Below are positions 48,906-58,051 of a DNA stretch of 64,000 bases, in pieces. The first letter of the stretch is position 1. Every line of letters starts with the position of its first letter. This stretch comes from Candidatus Stahliibacteriota bacterium (GTDB lineage: Bacteria > Hydrothermota > Tepidihabitantia > B3-TA06). The stretch is from assembly GCA_004375895.1 (NCBI GenBank), contig SOJW01000069.1, positions 2,114 through 66,113 on the forward strand, read 5' to 3'. Made by a program: the position numbers and the translations under genes. The notes below the pieces were generated by a model that ran no database searches, had not been told where the DNA came from, and was given only the letters and a program-made list of their open reading frames with translations.

Positions 48906-50090
48906 TCAGATTATCCTCAGTTTCTTGCCTACGAGCTTGAACTTGTCCAGGGCCGTCTGCAACTCATCGGTGGAAAGGGAAGCCATTATGCTCACCCGGA
49001 TAAGGGCAGACCCCTTCGGTACCGCGGGGTAAACCACAGGATTAATAAATACCCCTTCCTTCTCCAATCCGCCGGTCAGTTTGAACGCCTTCCGGTCGTT
49101 GCCGATGAGAACGGGAATAATAGGGGTTATGGTTTCCTCAACCTCAAATCCCAGATCCTTCAACCCCTGTTTCATGAACTCTGTGTTCTTGTGTAGCCGC
49201 TCCAGCAGTTCGGGCTCTTCCTCGATGACCTCGAGGCAGGCCATTACCGTAGCCGCTACCGAAGGTGGCGAACTGGCCGAGAAGATGAAGGGACGGGACT
49301 GGAGACGCAGGAACGAGACCACCTCGCTGCTCGCGCCGGTAAAGCCTCCGGCTGAGCTCAATGTTTTGCTGAAGGTCCCGCACACCAGGTCGATCGCACC
49401 TTCCATGTCAAAATGTTCGAGGATTCCCCGTCCAGTCGCGCCCAGTGCGCCCGTACCGTGGGCGTCATCCACCATGATCTTTGCCTTATACTTGTCGGCC
49501 AGGCTCTTGATCTCAGGCAGGTTAGCGACCGATCCTTTCATGCTGAACACCCCGTCTGTGACGATGAGCTTGTTGGCCGAGCGTTTGCACTCGGAGAGCA
49601 TCTCCTCCAGACTCTTCATGTCGTTATGCTTGTATACCTTCACCTGTGCCCTGGAGAGCCGGCAGCCCTCCACGATGCTGGCGTGATTGAACTCGTCGCT
49701 CAGGATAACGTCCCCTTCTTCGGTCAGGGCGGTGATGGTGCCCATCATGGTCATGAACCCTGTGCTGAACACCACCGCGTCTTCGGTTCCCTTAAACCGA
49801 GCAAGCTCCCGTTCAAGTTTGTTATGAAGGCTGGTTGTACCTGTAAGAATCCTCGAGCTGCAGGCACCGGTGCCGAATTTCTTCACGGCCTTGATTGCCG
49901 CTTCGATTACTTTGGGGTGATTGGCAAGCCCCAGATAGTTGTTGGAACCGAGCATGATCATCTTTTTGCCACCCATGGTAACGGTAGGGGTGGCCGGAGG
50001 GTCGATCTCCCGGAGGTAGAAAAACTGGTTTAACGACTTAACTACTTTTACTTGAGCATTAAACTTGCGACACTTGGCAAAGAGATCCAT
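48906..50090 (-). CDS. Alpha-oxoamine synthase, serine palmitoyltransferase-like
   Basis: GSNNYLGL, NHASI, DGVFSM, DDAHG, GTFSKT, RPFIFSAS. Confidence 0.88.
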   Translation of the reverse strand: MDLFAKCRKFNAQVKVVKSLNQFFYLREIDPPATPTVTMGGKKMIMLGSNNYLGLANHPKVIEAAIKAVKKFGTGACSSRILTGTTSLHNKLERELARFKGTEDAVVFSTGFMTMMGTITALTEEGDVILSDEFNHASIVEGCRLSRAQVKVYKHNDMKSLEEMLSECKRSANKLIVTDGVFSMKGSVANLPEIKSLADKYKAKIMVDDAHGTGALGATGRGILEHFDMEGAIDLVCGTFSKTLSSAGGFTGASSEVVSFLRLQSRPFIFSASSPPSVAATVMACLEVIEEEPELLERLHKNTEFMKQGLKDLGFEVEETITPIIPVLIGNDRKAFKLTGGLEKEGVFINPVVYPAVPKGSALIRVSIMASLSTDELQTALDKFKLVGKKLRII

Positions 50091-50247
50091 TCTTTCCTCC
50101 TGGCAACAGTGTTTTCAATAATTCTGGAGGCGGAGTGACCTTGTTTAACCAGGCAATTATTCGCGAAACGCCGTATGCGCTGGACAACCCTGTGAACAAA
50201 CCACCGGCAAGATATTTTCTCTGCAACAAACTCGTAATCGTTGACAT
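50059..50247 (-). CDS. Possible 62-aa leader or small protein
   Basis: SD AAGGAGG and ATG just downstream of a TTGACA/TATATT promoter; overlaps the spt-like start. Confidence 0.4.
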   Translation of the reverse strand: MSTITSLLQRKYLAGGLFTGLSSAYGVSRIIAWLNKVTPPPELLKTLLPGGKNGSLCQVSQV

Positions 50248-50315
50248 TGCCATCCTCCTTATATTGAAATATAGGGAAAATATTAAACTTGTCAAGGGAA
50301 ATTTTCACACACCCT

Positions 50316-50435
50316 TGAAGACTCTGAAGACTCCAGAGACTGGAGAGACAGTCCTTGGAATCTTCTATGATCACGGTTCCAGCTAAGTCGAGCGTTTCCG
50401 TTGCTTGTTAGGGAGGGAAGATAGGTTTTGCAGAT
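50316..50435 (+). repeat. att-like end, second copy
   Basis: GAAGAC/GAGAC x4 followed by GGTTTTGCAGA; aligns with 41568-41680. Confidence 0.65.
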
Positions 50436-50503
50436 CCTTGTGCCGATATCTCTCTCTGAGCCATATTAAAAAAGGAGTTCGCCCCGGAATTTAGGGAATA
50501 TAC

Positions 50504-50584
50504 CCCTTGCCCTAATCATGCCCTAATTTTGCCCTAAAGCCTTGCACCAGAATTGCACCACTTTTGCACCAATTCCTTGATTTT
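50504..50584 (+). repeat. Element-end repeat, copy C
   Basis: TGCCCTAA x3 and TGCACCA x3 at 11-nt period. Confidence 0.85.
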
Positions 50585-50728
50585 AGGCAGGTTATAGCTA
50601 CTAAATGCACCACTAAAGCAAACTCCTGCCCCAATTGCAAAAATACACCTATCCCTTAAGGTGTTAAAAACACGTCGCTTGTCGATATGTCAGGTTGGCT
50701 CAAATCCTGCCCAGAGTTATCCCGCGCC

Positions 50729-50771
50729 TTTCTAATCCGACGGTCGTGGGTTCGAGTCCCTCCAGGCGCGC
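50729..50771 (+). tRNA. tRNA-Arg(TCT) 3' fragment (att remnant)
   Basis: TTTCTAA TCCGA CGGTC GTGGG TTCGAGT CCCTC CAGGCGC G; no D-arm or 5' acceptor strand. Confidence 0.75.
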
Positions 50772-50869
50772 TTTAAGTCTGTGGCTCCAAAGGTCCCAGC
50801 GTTAACCCCTAAGATGGAAGCAACGGTTCACTTCTGCAGGCGATAATCAGCGCTAATCCTCAAGACGGG

Positions 50870-51256
50870 CTATATGTTGCAGGGCCTGGAAGCGACGGAA
50901 AACGCCTATCTCAGAACTCGATCTATGGCAACGACTCCCTGGGGATAGACCTCGCGCCTAAAGGTGTAACCCCTAACGACGGCAGTGATGGGAACGACGG
51001 GCCTAACGAGAACATGAACTTCCCGGTGCTCAACTCCGCCTCTACAACCCGTATCTACGGAAGACTCCCAGGTCTATCTCGCGAAACCGCCGTGATCGAA
51101 GCCTTTATTGCTGGTGTGGACCGCACTGAGGTTGAGGCTCCGACTACGGTGGAGGTAGAACCTATATCGGCTCGGGAACGGCAGGTAGCGATGGGAGATT
51201 TGCCGTCGTCACAGAACGTACGGAAATTGGAAACTACGTTACCGCCAAGCTGGTGA
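50870..51256 (+). pseudogene. Fragment of a beta-helix surface protein
   Basis: ISQNSIYGNDSLGIDL...NDG.D...GPN..MNFPVL; no intact start. Confidence 0.6.
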
Positions 51257-51429
51257 TCGTTCAGTATGGATAGATTGGCAGACTAAAAAATATAAAAGGC
51301 GGTCAAAAGACCGCCCTTTCTTTAATGCCCCTTTCGCCACTTGGCCGAAGGACCGCTCGCAATGACAAATAAAGCTCGGCTAAAGCCGGCCCCTACGATC
51401 TAAAAAGACCTTAAGTCACCGCTGAAGGG

Positions 51430-53052
51430 TTACTTCACAAGAAGCATCTTGGTAGTTTGTTTGAAACCGTCGGCTGTTGTCAACTCGCAGATGTAGATAC
51501 CGTTGCCGAGTTTTCTGCCCTGCTCGTCTCTTCCGTTCCAGGTTACGCTGTGGGTTCCCGGTTCGAGGGTTCCGTGAATCAGGGTAATAACCTTTTGTCC
51601 GACGGTGTTGTAGACGGAAACGTCCACCACGCTCTTGGTGGGGATACTGAAGGCTATATCTGTCTTCGAGCTGAAGGGATTGGGGTCGTTCTGAGCCAGG
51701 TAGAAGTTGGGGATGATCATGCCCTGCTGGTTGGGGCCGGGGACGACAGAAAGCCCTGGCACGATGTTGATGAACCGGCAAGCGTTGCCCTGCTGATCAA
51801 CCACCACCACGTGAAGGAACCAGTTGCATGTATCGGGAAGTGGGATGGGCATCGGCTGTGGATCAGGTCCGGGTCCACCGCCCACCGCGGTGTCAGGGCC
51901 GACGTGAGGTGTGTCTTCCTTGGGACAGATGATTAACATGTCGGTAAGAGTACCGGTAGGCCCTGCTCCGCTGAAGCCGCTTAAGCGGCCGGTGATTGGA
52001 TCCAGGTCTCCCCACTCTATCTCGCCTGTCCAGGGATCCATGAAATCCACCCTGATGGTGCCGTCGAAGTTGGGGGTGTTTACGATGGAGTTGAAGGTCA
52101 TCATGTGCCAGTTGTCGCTTCCCGGCCACTGCAGGCGAACCAGCACGTCCTGACACCTTTCCAGTTCGTTGCGGGCATCTTCCCAGTTGAACGGCTCGTC
52201 CCTCATCGTGTAGTTGTCGCCGTGATCTTTGAGCCATTTATCCAAGGCTTCCACGATGTCGTCCCACTGGGTTCCTCCAAGTAACGTGTCGGTGCCCGCC
52301 AGTTCGGCAAGGGAATCCACCAGATCATGAGCGCTCAGACCTCCGGCGACTTCTCCGTCTCCGGTGCCTTCGAAGTACTTCAGACACGCCGCCGCCGCCG
52401 TTGGCACGCAGTGCCAGGGGGAATGTGGCTGCTGAGATATGCCGGGGATTCCTTTCATGAAGGTATCCTGCTTGGGTTCAACGAATATGCTCACCGAATC
52501 GATGTCGTGGTAGAGATCGGTTACCATGACCCACAAGGTGTCGTTATGGATTGGCGTCCAGCTCACCACGGCGTCGCAGGGTGGAGTAGGATCGTAGTTG
52601 CGCTGCGTCTCTATGATCAGGGTATCTCCGCCCTGGATGATAGCCACGGCCTGGAACAGGATAACCATGTTCTGGGAGGGCACGATGTCGTGGGGGAAGA
52701 CGGTGGCCCAGCCGTCGCCTGCAGAAACTGCCGAGAGGTCCGTTGATGCGGAAGCCATAGGAGAGGACAGGGCTTCGTATCCATCACTATCGGTCCCGAA
52801 AAGGATCCAGGTCTGGCCCTGGTCTATGGAGTGGTAGAAATCCACCCTCTGGATCGTCTGTGCGCTATCAAGCACGTGGAGTCTGACCCTGCTTACGCGG
52901 CCCGCTCCTCCGATAAGGTTATGCCAGGGTTCGGCGAGAACCCAGTCCCCGACCGCGAGAACCGGCTCTCCGAACTGAGCCCACAGCGGCGCAGCAACCA
53001 ACATAATGATTGAGAGGACGAGCAGCAAGGTTCTTTTACGTTTTGGGAGCAT
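51430..53052 (-). CDS. Secreted protein with papain/C39-like peptidase domain and FlgD/T9SS-type tail
   Basis: Signal peptide; CVPTAAA...WHMMT...MDPW; QNDPNPF...GIYICEL. Confidence 0.8.
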   Translation of the reverse strand: MLPKRKRTLLLVLSIIMLVAAPLWAQFGEPVLAVGDWVLAEPWHNLIGGAGRVSRVRLHVLDSAQTIQRVDFYHSIDQGQTWILFGTDSDGYEALSSPMASASTDLSAVSAGDGWATVFPHDIVPSQNMVILFQAVAIIQGGDTLIIETQRNYDPTPPCDAVVSWTPIHNDTLWVMVTDLYHDIDSVSIFVEPKQDTFMKGIPGISQQPHSPWHCVPTAAAACLKYFEGTGDGEVAGGLSAHDLVDSLAELAGTDTLLGGTQWDDIVEALDKWLKDHGDNYTMRDEPFNWEDARNELERCQDVLVRLQWPGSDNWHMMTFNSIVNTPNFDGTIRVDFMDPWTGEIEWGDLDPITGRLSGFSGAGPTGTLTDMLIICPKEDTPHVGPDTAVGGGPGPDPQPMPIPLPDTCNWFLHVVVVDQQGNACRFINIVPGLSVVPGPNQQGMIIPNFYLAQNDPNPFSSKTDIAFSIPTKSVVDVSVYNTVGQKVITLIHGTLEPGTHSVTWNGRDEQGRKLGNGIYICELTTADGFKQTTKMLLVK

Positions 53053-53278
53053 CTTCTCCTCCTTGGTTTTTTTGGTTTATGAAACGGGCAGGCCTCGCTT
53101 ATCAGCGAGTCCTTACCATTGAATGCCTTAAATTAAACTTATGTCCAATAACCATGTACCTATATTAAATTGGAAGTATACCCAAAGGGAGTAGGTTGTC
53201 AAGTGGTTTTAAGGAAGGAAGAAGGGTGGTGGAAACGAGGGGGTAAGCTCAAGGGACAAGCGAGGGTTACAGGTTAAA

Positions 53279-53304
53279 GAGCCGACCGCAAGGTCGGCCC
53301 CTAC
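53279..53304 (-). repeat. GTAG-type REP palindrome
   Basis: GTAGGGGCCGACC..GGTCGGC; related copies near 51374-51396, 54731-54756, 55444-55469, 56126-56151. Confidence 0.75.
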
Positions 53305-53345
53305 CATTTCTTTTTGTGATCTTTCGTCCTCCGACGAAAGGAGCC

Positions 53346-53669
53346 CTAAGATTTTACCATCACCAGAAGCATCTTGAAGCGCGTAAGCGCCCGCAGGGCG
53401 TGGGGTTGTGAGGCGGGCATGAGGATCATCTCGCCGGCGGATAGGGTGTAGGGTTTGCCTGAGATGGTGATCTCGGCCTGACCGTCCAGTATATACACCA
53501 TGGCGTCGGAAGGTGCGGCATGTTCACTCAGGCCTTGGTCTTTGTCGAACGCAAACAGGGTGACCGTGCCCTGCTTCTTGTCAATGATGGTGCGGCTCAC
53601 CACCGCTCCATCCTGGTAGGAAAGCATCCAGGCGAGATTTGCAACCTCCCCAGCTTTGGTATCTTCCAT
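53346..53669 (-). CDS. Cupin domain protein
   Basis: VVSRTI, LFAFDKDQGLSEH, PHALRA. Confidence 0.9.
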   Translation of the reverse strand: MEDTKAGEVANLAWMLSYQDGAVVSRTIIDKKQGTVTLFAFDKDQGLSEHAAPSDAMVYILDGQAEITISGKPYTLSAGEMILMPASQPHALRALTRFKMLLVMVKS

Positions 53670-53773
53670 CTTTCTCTCCTCTTTCATTGTTCGGATATCC
53701 CTTAAGCTTAACCCTAATTTACCAAGACACAATCAAATTGCGATCTTTTGTCCTCCGACAAAAAGAGTATCCA

Positions 53774-54160
53774 TTAGATTGCCTCAAAGACTCGCTTCAG
53801 CTTATCCTCCACACCTTCCGCGATCTTCTTCAACTCGGGATTGTCTATCATACCCATGGCCACCGTAGGTTTGATCACCGAGACCACGCTCTTGCCTTCC
53901 CTCTCGTAAACGATCACGTTGCAGGGAAGCATGAGACCGATGTCTTCTTCTGCCAGAAGCGCCTTGTGGGCGTTGTGCGGGTTGCACGCGCCGAGTATCT
54001 GATAGCGCGGGAAATCCACACCCAGCTTCTTGGCAAGTGTGGCCTTTAAGTCTATCTCGGTAAGAACCCCGAATCCTTCTTTTTCGAGTTCGGCTGTGAC
54101 CTTCGCTAACGCGTCATCGAAGCCAAGGTCCAGCTCCTTCTTGAATCCGTAGCTAATCAT
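53774..54160 (-). CDS. DUF302 domain protein
   Basis: GFGVLTEID, ILGACNP, LPCNVIV. Confidence 0.92.
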   Translation of the reverse strand: MISYGFKKELDLGFDDALAKVTAELEKEGFGVLTEIDLKATLAKKLGVDFPRYQILGACNPHNAHKALLAEEDIGLMLPCNVIVYEREGKSVVSVIKPTVAMGMIDNPELKKIAEGVEDKLKRVFEAI

Positions 54161-54176
54161 CTCAAGCCTCCTCAAC

Positions 54177-54395
54177 TCATGCGAGGTCGCGCTTGCGTTC
54201 CTCAAACTCTTCCTTCGAGATCTCTCCTCGTGCGTAGCGTTTCTTCAGGATATCGAGTGCCGACTCCTGTCTGCCTCTTCCTGAAACCGTCTTGACCAGC
54301 CATACCACCAGCAAAACGATGCCCACGAGTAACGCTACCCAGAAGATTATGCCGAGAATCCACCAGCCTTCCATTCCATGCATTCCAAACCACAT
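54177..54395 (-). CDS. SHOCT-domain membrane protein
   Basis: TM segment followed by ALDILKKRYARGEISKEEF. Confidence 0.9.
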   Translation of the reverse strand: MWFGMHGMEGWWILGIIFWVALLVGIVLLVVWLVKTVSGRGRQESALDILKKRYARGEISKEEFEERKRDLA

Positions 54396-54530
54396 ACTGG
54401 CCTCCTTTAGGTGTTAATTATAGGGAAAAAATCCGACATGTCAAGTAGGAATTTGCAATCGCTTTGGTGCCACGTTTCGGGCGAAATTTGCCGCGAACTC
54501 GCCAGGTTTGAGTGCCACTCGTCACAATTA

Positions 54531-54664
54531 AGTGGGACAAAAGCTGGTCAAAAGGTGGTCAGAAGTTGGTCAAAAGCTACCCAAAAGGTGGACAAAACCC
54601 CGGGGTCCCTACGAAATTGCGAAGCACGCTTGCGATGACGGTTACGGAATAATTTTGTGGGGTG
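54531..54664 (+). repeat. 11-nt-period TGGTCA/TGGACA repeats followed by an interrupted CGGGGTCCC REP
   Basis: GGGACA, TGGTCA x3, TACCCA, TGGACA, then CGGGGTCCCTAC...GTGGGGTG. Confidence 0.65.
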
Positions 54665-54811
54665 AAAAAGTTGGACAATTTGGGGCTTTTTTGGGGGGGA
54701 TCGGGTGTTTTTCGGTTTTCAGGAAAGTTCACAGGGGCCGACCGCAAGATCGGCCACTTACACTTGACATAGGGCGTAAAAAAGAGTATAGTTGAAAGAA
54801 AAGGAGGGAAA

Positions 54812-55438
54812 ATGAATTTATCACAACAACAGAAAAAGATGTTAAAGAAGGGAGTGGAAAGGGCCAATGAGTTGTTCAAAAAGGGGCAATTCAAGGTTTT
54901 TAAAAACTGGCGGAATCATGAGAAAACACTTGATCAAATTAAAAAGGAGCACGGCTCTTTTAAAGATGCATGTGCGGATCTTAACAAATGGTATCGCACT
55001 CGCGTTAATTGTGATTTTTGGTCAGAGAGGTTAGAGGCTTTCATGAGAGAAAAAAAAGGACTTCCACAACAATCCTGGGTTAAAGAGGCAATTGAATATG
55101 CTGGCGAAAAGAACCGGAGGTCTTTTCTCTCAAAGTTCTTCCATTTCTTTGTCGCTCCAGAGGTGTTCCCAATATACGACAAGTTTGCAAAGGCAGCGGT
55201 TGTTAGAATTCTAAAGGAAAAAGTCAAAGACGCAATAAGTTACACCGATTTTTGCAGGAAGATTGACGAAATTTCTGAAGCATTAGGAAACAAGTACAGC
55301 TACAGGGAGCTCGACCACTTTTTTTGGATGGCCGGTTATTATTGGCCTCAGCTTTATGCCAAGGACTGGCAAGAAGTGTTTAATGACTCTGACTTCGCTG
55401 CCTTGAAGGAAATCTTAGATGAGTGGTTAAAACTATGA
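54812..55438 (+). CDS. Hypothetical protein, possible HhH/glycosylase-like fold
   Basis: SKFFHF..P..FPIYD and YRELDHFFW motifs; own promoter and SD. Confidence 0.65.
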   Translation: MNLSQQQKKMLKKGVERANELFKKGQFKVFKNWRNHEKTLDQIKKEHGSFKDACADLNKWYRTRVNCDFWSERLEAFMREKKGLPQQSWVKEAIEYAGEKNRRSFLSKFFHFFVAPEVFPIYDKFAKAAVVRILKEKVKDAISYTDFCRKIDEISEALGNKYSYRELDHFFWMAGYYWPQLYAKDWQEVFNDSDFAALKEILDEWLKL

Positions 55439-55443
55439 GGTTC

Positions 55444-55469
55444 GTAGGGGCCGACCTTTAGGTCGGCCC
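55444..55469 (+). repeat. GTAG-type REP palindrome
   Basis: GTAGGGGCCGACCTTTAGGTCGGCCC. Confidence 0.8.
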
Positions 55470-55497
55470 GGATAAGATAAAACCATAAGGAGGCGAA

Positions 55498-56166
55498 ATG
55501 CCTGACATCAACGCTGAAGAGCTACTAAGAAAAGCGTGGGTTGAGTTTTGTAACGATTACGATAAGAAGGTGCGAGAATATTCTAAGTCTGAGTTCGTGG
55601 GCAGTAGAAAGCAAGCTAAGACGGAGCACTGGATATTATGGAATGAATACGATTTAATGGTACAACTAGGCAGGTTCTTCTATGACCAATTAGCTAGGAA
55701 CTCACTTTCGGAGATTGAAATGCACACTAATAAAAAATTGGGATCTAGTTTTAACGGCTATGACTTTAAAAGTGAATTAAAGAAGTTAAAGTGGCAACTT
55801 GATGAACGTGAGGCACAACCAGATTTAATAATCGTTCAGGAAGATAGTCTGGGTCCATTTTTATTGTGTGCCGAGGCAAAGTGTTTTCACTGCTCAGAAC
55901 GTGGAACTGCAAAAGCCGCAATCGAAAAAGACATTGAAACCTTAGAGGCAATTAGAGACCTGGGAATAGCCGAAAGAGTAGTTTTCATACTGTTTGATGA
56001 CTATTATTGGATCCAGAATGAGGACATTGAGAGTGTGGCAGAGAACGCCTGCAAGGAACATAACATCATCCCAATTGATGCACAATTCGAAAGCAAAAGT
56101 CGAACGTTGGAAATGACCAATAATCGGGCCGGTCTAAAGACCGGCCCCTACGTTTTGACTCCTTGA
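55498..56166 (+). CDS. PD-(D/E)xK nuclease-like protein
   Basis: NEYDL, QPDLII, AEAK, KDIETL; SD AAGGAGG. Confidence 0.7.
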   Translation: MPDINAEELLRKAWVEFCNDYDKKVREYSKSEFVGSRKQAKTEHWILWNEYDLMVQLGRFFYDQLARNSLSEIEMHTNKKLGSSFNGYDFKSELKKLKWQLDEREAQPDLIIVQEDSLGPFLLCAEAKCFHCSERGTAKAAIEKDIETLEAIRDLGIAERVVFILFDDYYWIQNEDIESVAENACKEHNIIPIDAQFESKSRTLEMTNNRAGLKTGPYVLTP

Positions 56167-56190
56167 TACCCCATACCGTTCATACCTGAA

Positions 56191-56271
56191 GGCGCACAGC
56201 ATTCACCAGGGGTGTATTTTATCCGGGAAGCGGAGGGTTCTTCTACGCAAAAGGTGATATTGATTCATTGA
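56191..56271 (+). pseudogene. T9SS-like C-terminal tail stub
   Basis: SPGVYFIRE...QKVILIH* resembles the end of 33542-34879. Confidence 0.55.
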
Positions 56272-56620
56272 TCCCCCTTTAATTCCCCCTTAGTAAGGGG
56301 GACTGCTTTGCCCCCCTTCTGAAGGGGGGTGCCCGCAGGGCGGGGGGATTAAAGGAAGGTGGCCGCTTCGAAGAGCGGACGGAGGGATTTATTATACCTC
56401 CTCCTTGACGGGGCGAAGTGCCCCCGTCGGGTAAGGGGGAGGTGAATCACCCCCTCCCGTTGTGGAGGGGGTAGGGGGCGGGTAAAAAGTTTCACCTCCT
56501 CCCAGCCTCCCCCATCAAGGGGGAGGAAGGATATGTTGCGACCGCTTCAACCTTAAATCACCCCTCCCTTGACGGGACAGCGTGCCCCCGTCGGGCAGGC
56601 GAAAGGGGGACGCTGAAGGG
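56272..56620. repeat. Cluster of CCCCC..GGGGG palindromes (REP/BIME-like)
   Basis: CCCCCTTAGTAAGGGGG, CCCCCCTTCTGAAGGGGGG; duplicated CTTGACGGG...GTGCCCCCGTCGGG. Confidence 0.75.
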
Positions 56621-56752
56621 CAGGTGTTGACTAATATCCGATACGTGGTTATCATTACGGGATGGGTAAGGTACGCTTGATTTCAAGACTTATGGGACGT
56701 TATCCGAAGCGACTTGAGATGCGAGTCGTAAGGGACTGAGAGTGATGAGGTT

Positions 56753-58051
56753 ATGAACGCGGTCGTAGCCCTGGTTGGGCGTCCAAATGTTGGGAAGTCC
56801 ACCCTGTTCAATCGTCTGGTGGGGCACAGGGAGGCGATTACGCTGAAGACCCCGGGGATAACAAGGGACAGGCTGTACGGAACCGTGCACTGGCTCTCCA
56901 AGAGCTTTACGTTGATTGACACCGGCGGGTTTATCCCTGAGCCTGAGCAGCCGCTGGAGGTCCAGATGCGGCGTCAGGTCCAGCTCGCTATCAAGGACGC
57001 GGAACTGGTTCTTTTGGCGGTGGACGGCAAGGAAGGCCTGCACCCCTCGGATGAAGCACTGGCCCAGACCTTGCGCAAGCAGGCAAAACCCTACATCGTT
57101 GTGGTCAACAAGTCGGACGTGAAGACCGCTGAGTGGGAGCACCATAGCTTTCATGTGCTGGGCGGGGCAGAGCTTTTCCTCGTATCGGCAGAGCATGGTG
57201 TGGGGTTCGGGGACCTGCTTGAGGAGATCTGCGCTAGACTGACCTTTGGGGAGGAGGGCGAGCCCAGGCCTGAGGTTAAGCTTCTCATCGCGGGCAGGCC
57301 CAACTGTGGGAAATCAACACTCTTAAACGCTATCGTAGGCGAGGAGCGAGCGGTGGTGGATGAGGTGCCTGGAACTACCCGCGACCCTGTGGATACCTAC
57401 CTGGAGGTCTCCGGCCGCATCTGGCGGCTGGTAGATACCGCAGGTCTGCGCCGACGCACTCGCATCAAGGAGAACGTGGAGTACTACGCATCAACCAGGC
57501 TGCGCAGGGCCCTCGCCAGGGCACAGATCATACTTCTCTTGATCGATCTTACAGAAGGGGTTACGAGACAGGACAAAAGGCTGGCCGCAGAGGTCATCGG
57601 CCGCCGAAAGGGATTGATCTTCGTTCTGAACAAGATAGATCTCTTCGATTCCCAGGCGTTGCGCAACAGGATTGAGGGACTAAGCTATCAGCTTAGAGGC
57701 ATGGAGTCCTTCTTCCGTGTGCTTGTCTCAGGCAAGAAAAAGAAAGGGTTGGATGAACTTATCGGAACGGTCACAGCGCTTGTAGAGAAACGCAGCCAGC
57801 GCATCCCAAAGGAGCTTCTGGGTGAATTTGTCCAAAAGGTTACCCGCGAACGCCCGCCAGGACGAAGGACAAAGATATACCGCCTCATACAGAAGGAAGG
57901 CGCACCCCCGCTCTTCCTTGTTGAGACAAACAAACCTGACGAGCTTGAAGAGAACTACCTGCGGTTCTTGACCAACCGGCTGCGCGATACGTTTGACTTC
58001 ACAGGCACCAACCTCAAACTCCAACCCACGCAACGACCGAGGCGCAGATGA
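56753..58051 (+). CDS. der: Ribosome biogenesis GTPase Der
   Basis: Two G domains (GRPNVGKS, GRPNCGKS; DTGG, DTAG) and a KH-like tail. Confidence 0.97.
   Translation: MNAVVALVGRPNVGKSTLFNRLVGHREAITLKTPGITRDRLYGTVHWLSKSFTLIDTGGFIPEPEQPLEVQMRRQVQLAIKDAELVLLAVDGKEGLHPSDEALAQTLRKQAKPYIVVVNKSDVKTAEWEHHSFHVLGGAELFLVSAEHGVGFGDLLEEICARLTFGEEGEPRPEVKLLIAGRPNCGKSTLLNAIVGEERAVVDEVPGTTRDPVDTYLEVSGRIWRLVDTAGLRRRTRIKENVEYYASTRLRRALARAQIILLLIDLTEGVTRQDKRLAAEVIGRRKGLIFVLNKIDLFDSQALRNRIEGLSYQLRGMESFFRVLVSGKKKKGLDELIGTVTALVEKRSQRIPKELLGEFVQKVTRERPPGRRTKIYRLIQKEGAPPLFLVETNKPDELEENYLRFLTNRLRDTFDFTGTNLKLQPTQRPRRR

Noticed and set aside
45855-50090. Calling the genes bioF and thiL (cofactor biosynthesis)
   Set aside because: No other bio or thi genes nearby; context is entirely lipid enzymes; symbols withheld pending phylogeny
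41660-50771. The two tRNA fragments as halves of one split tRNA
   Set aside because: Different anticodons (GCA vs TCT), opposite strands and non-complementary acceptor stems
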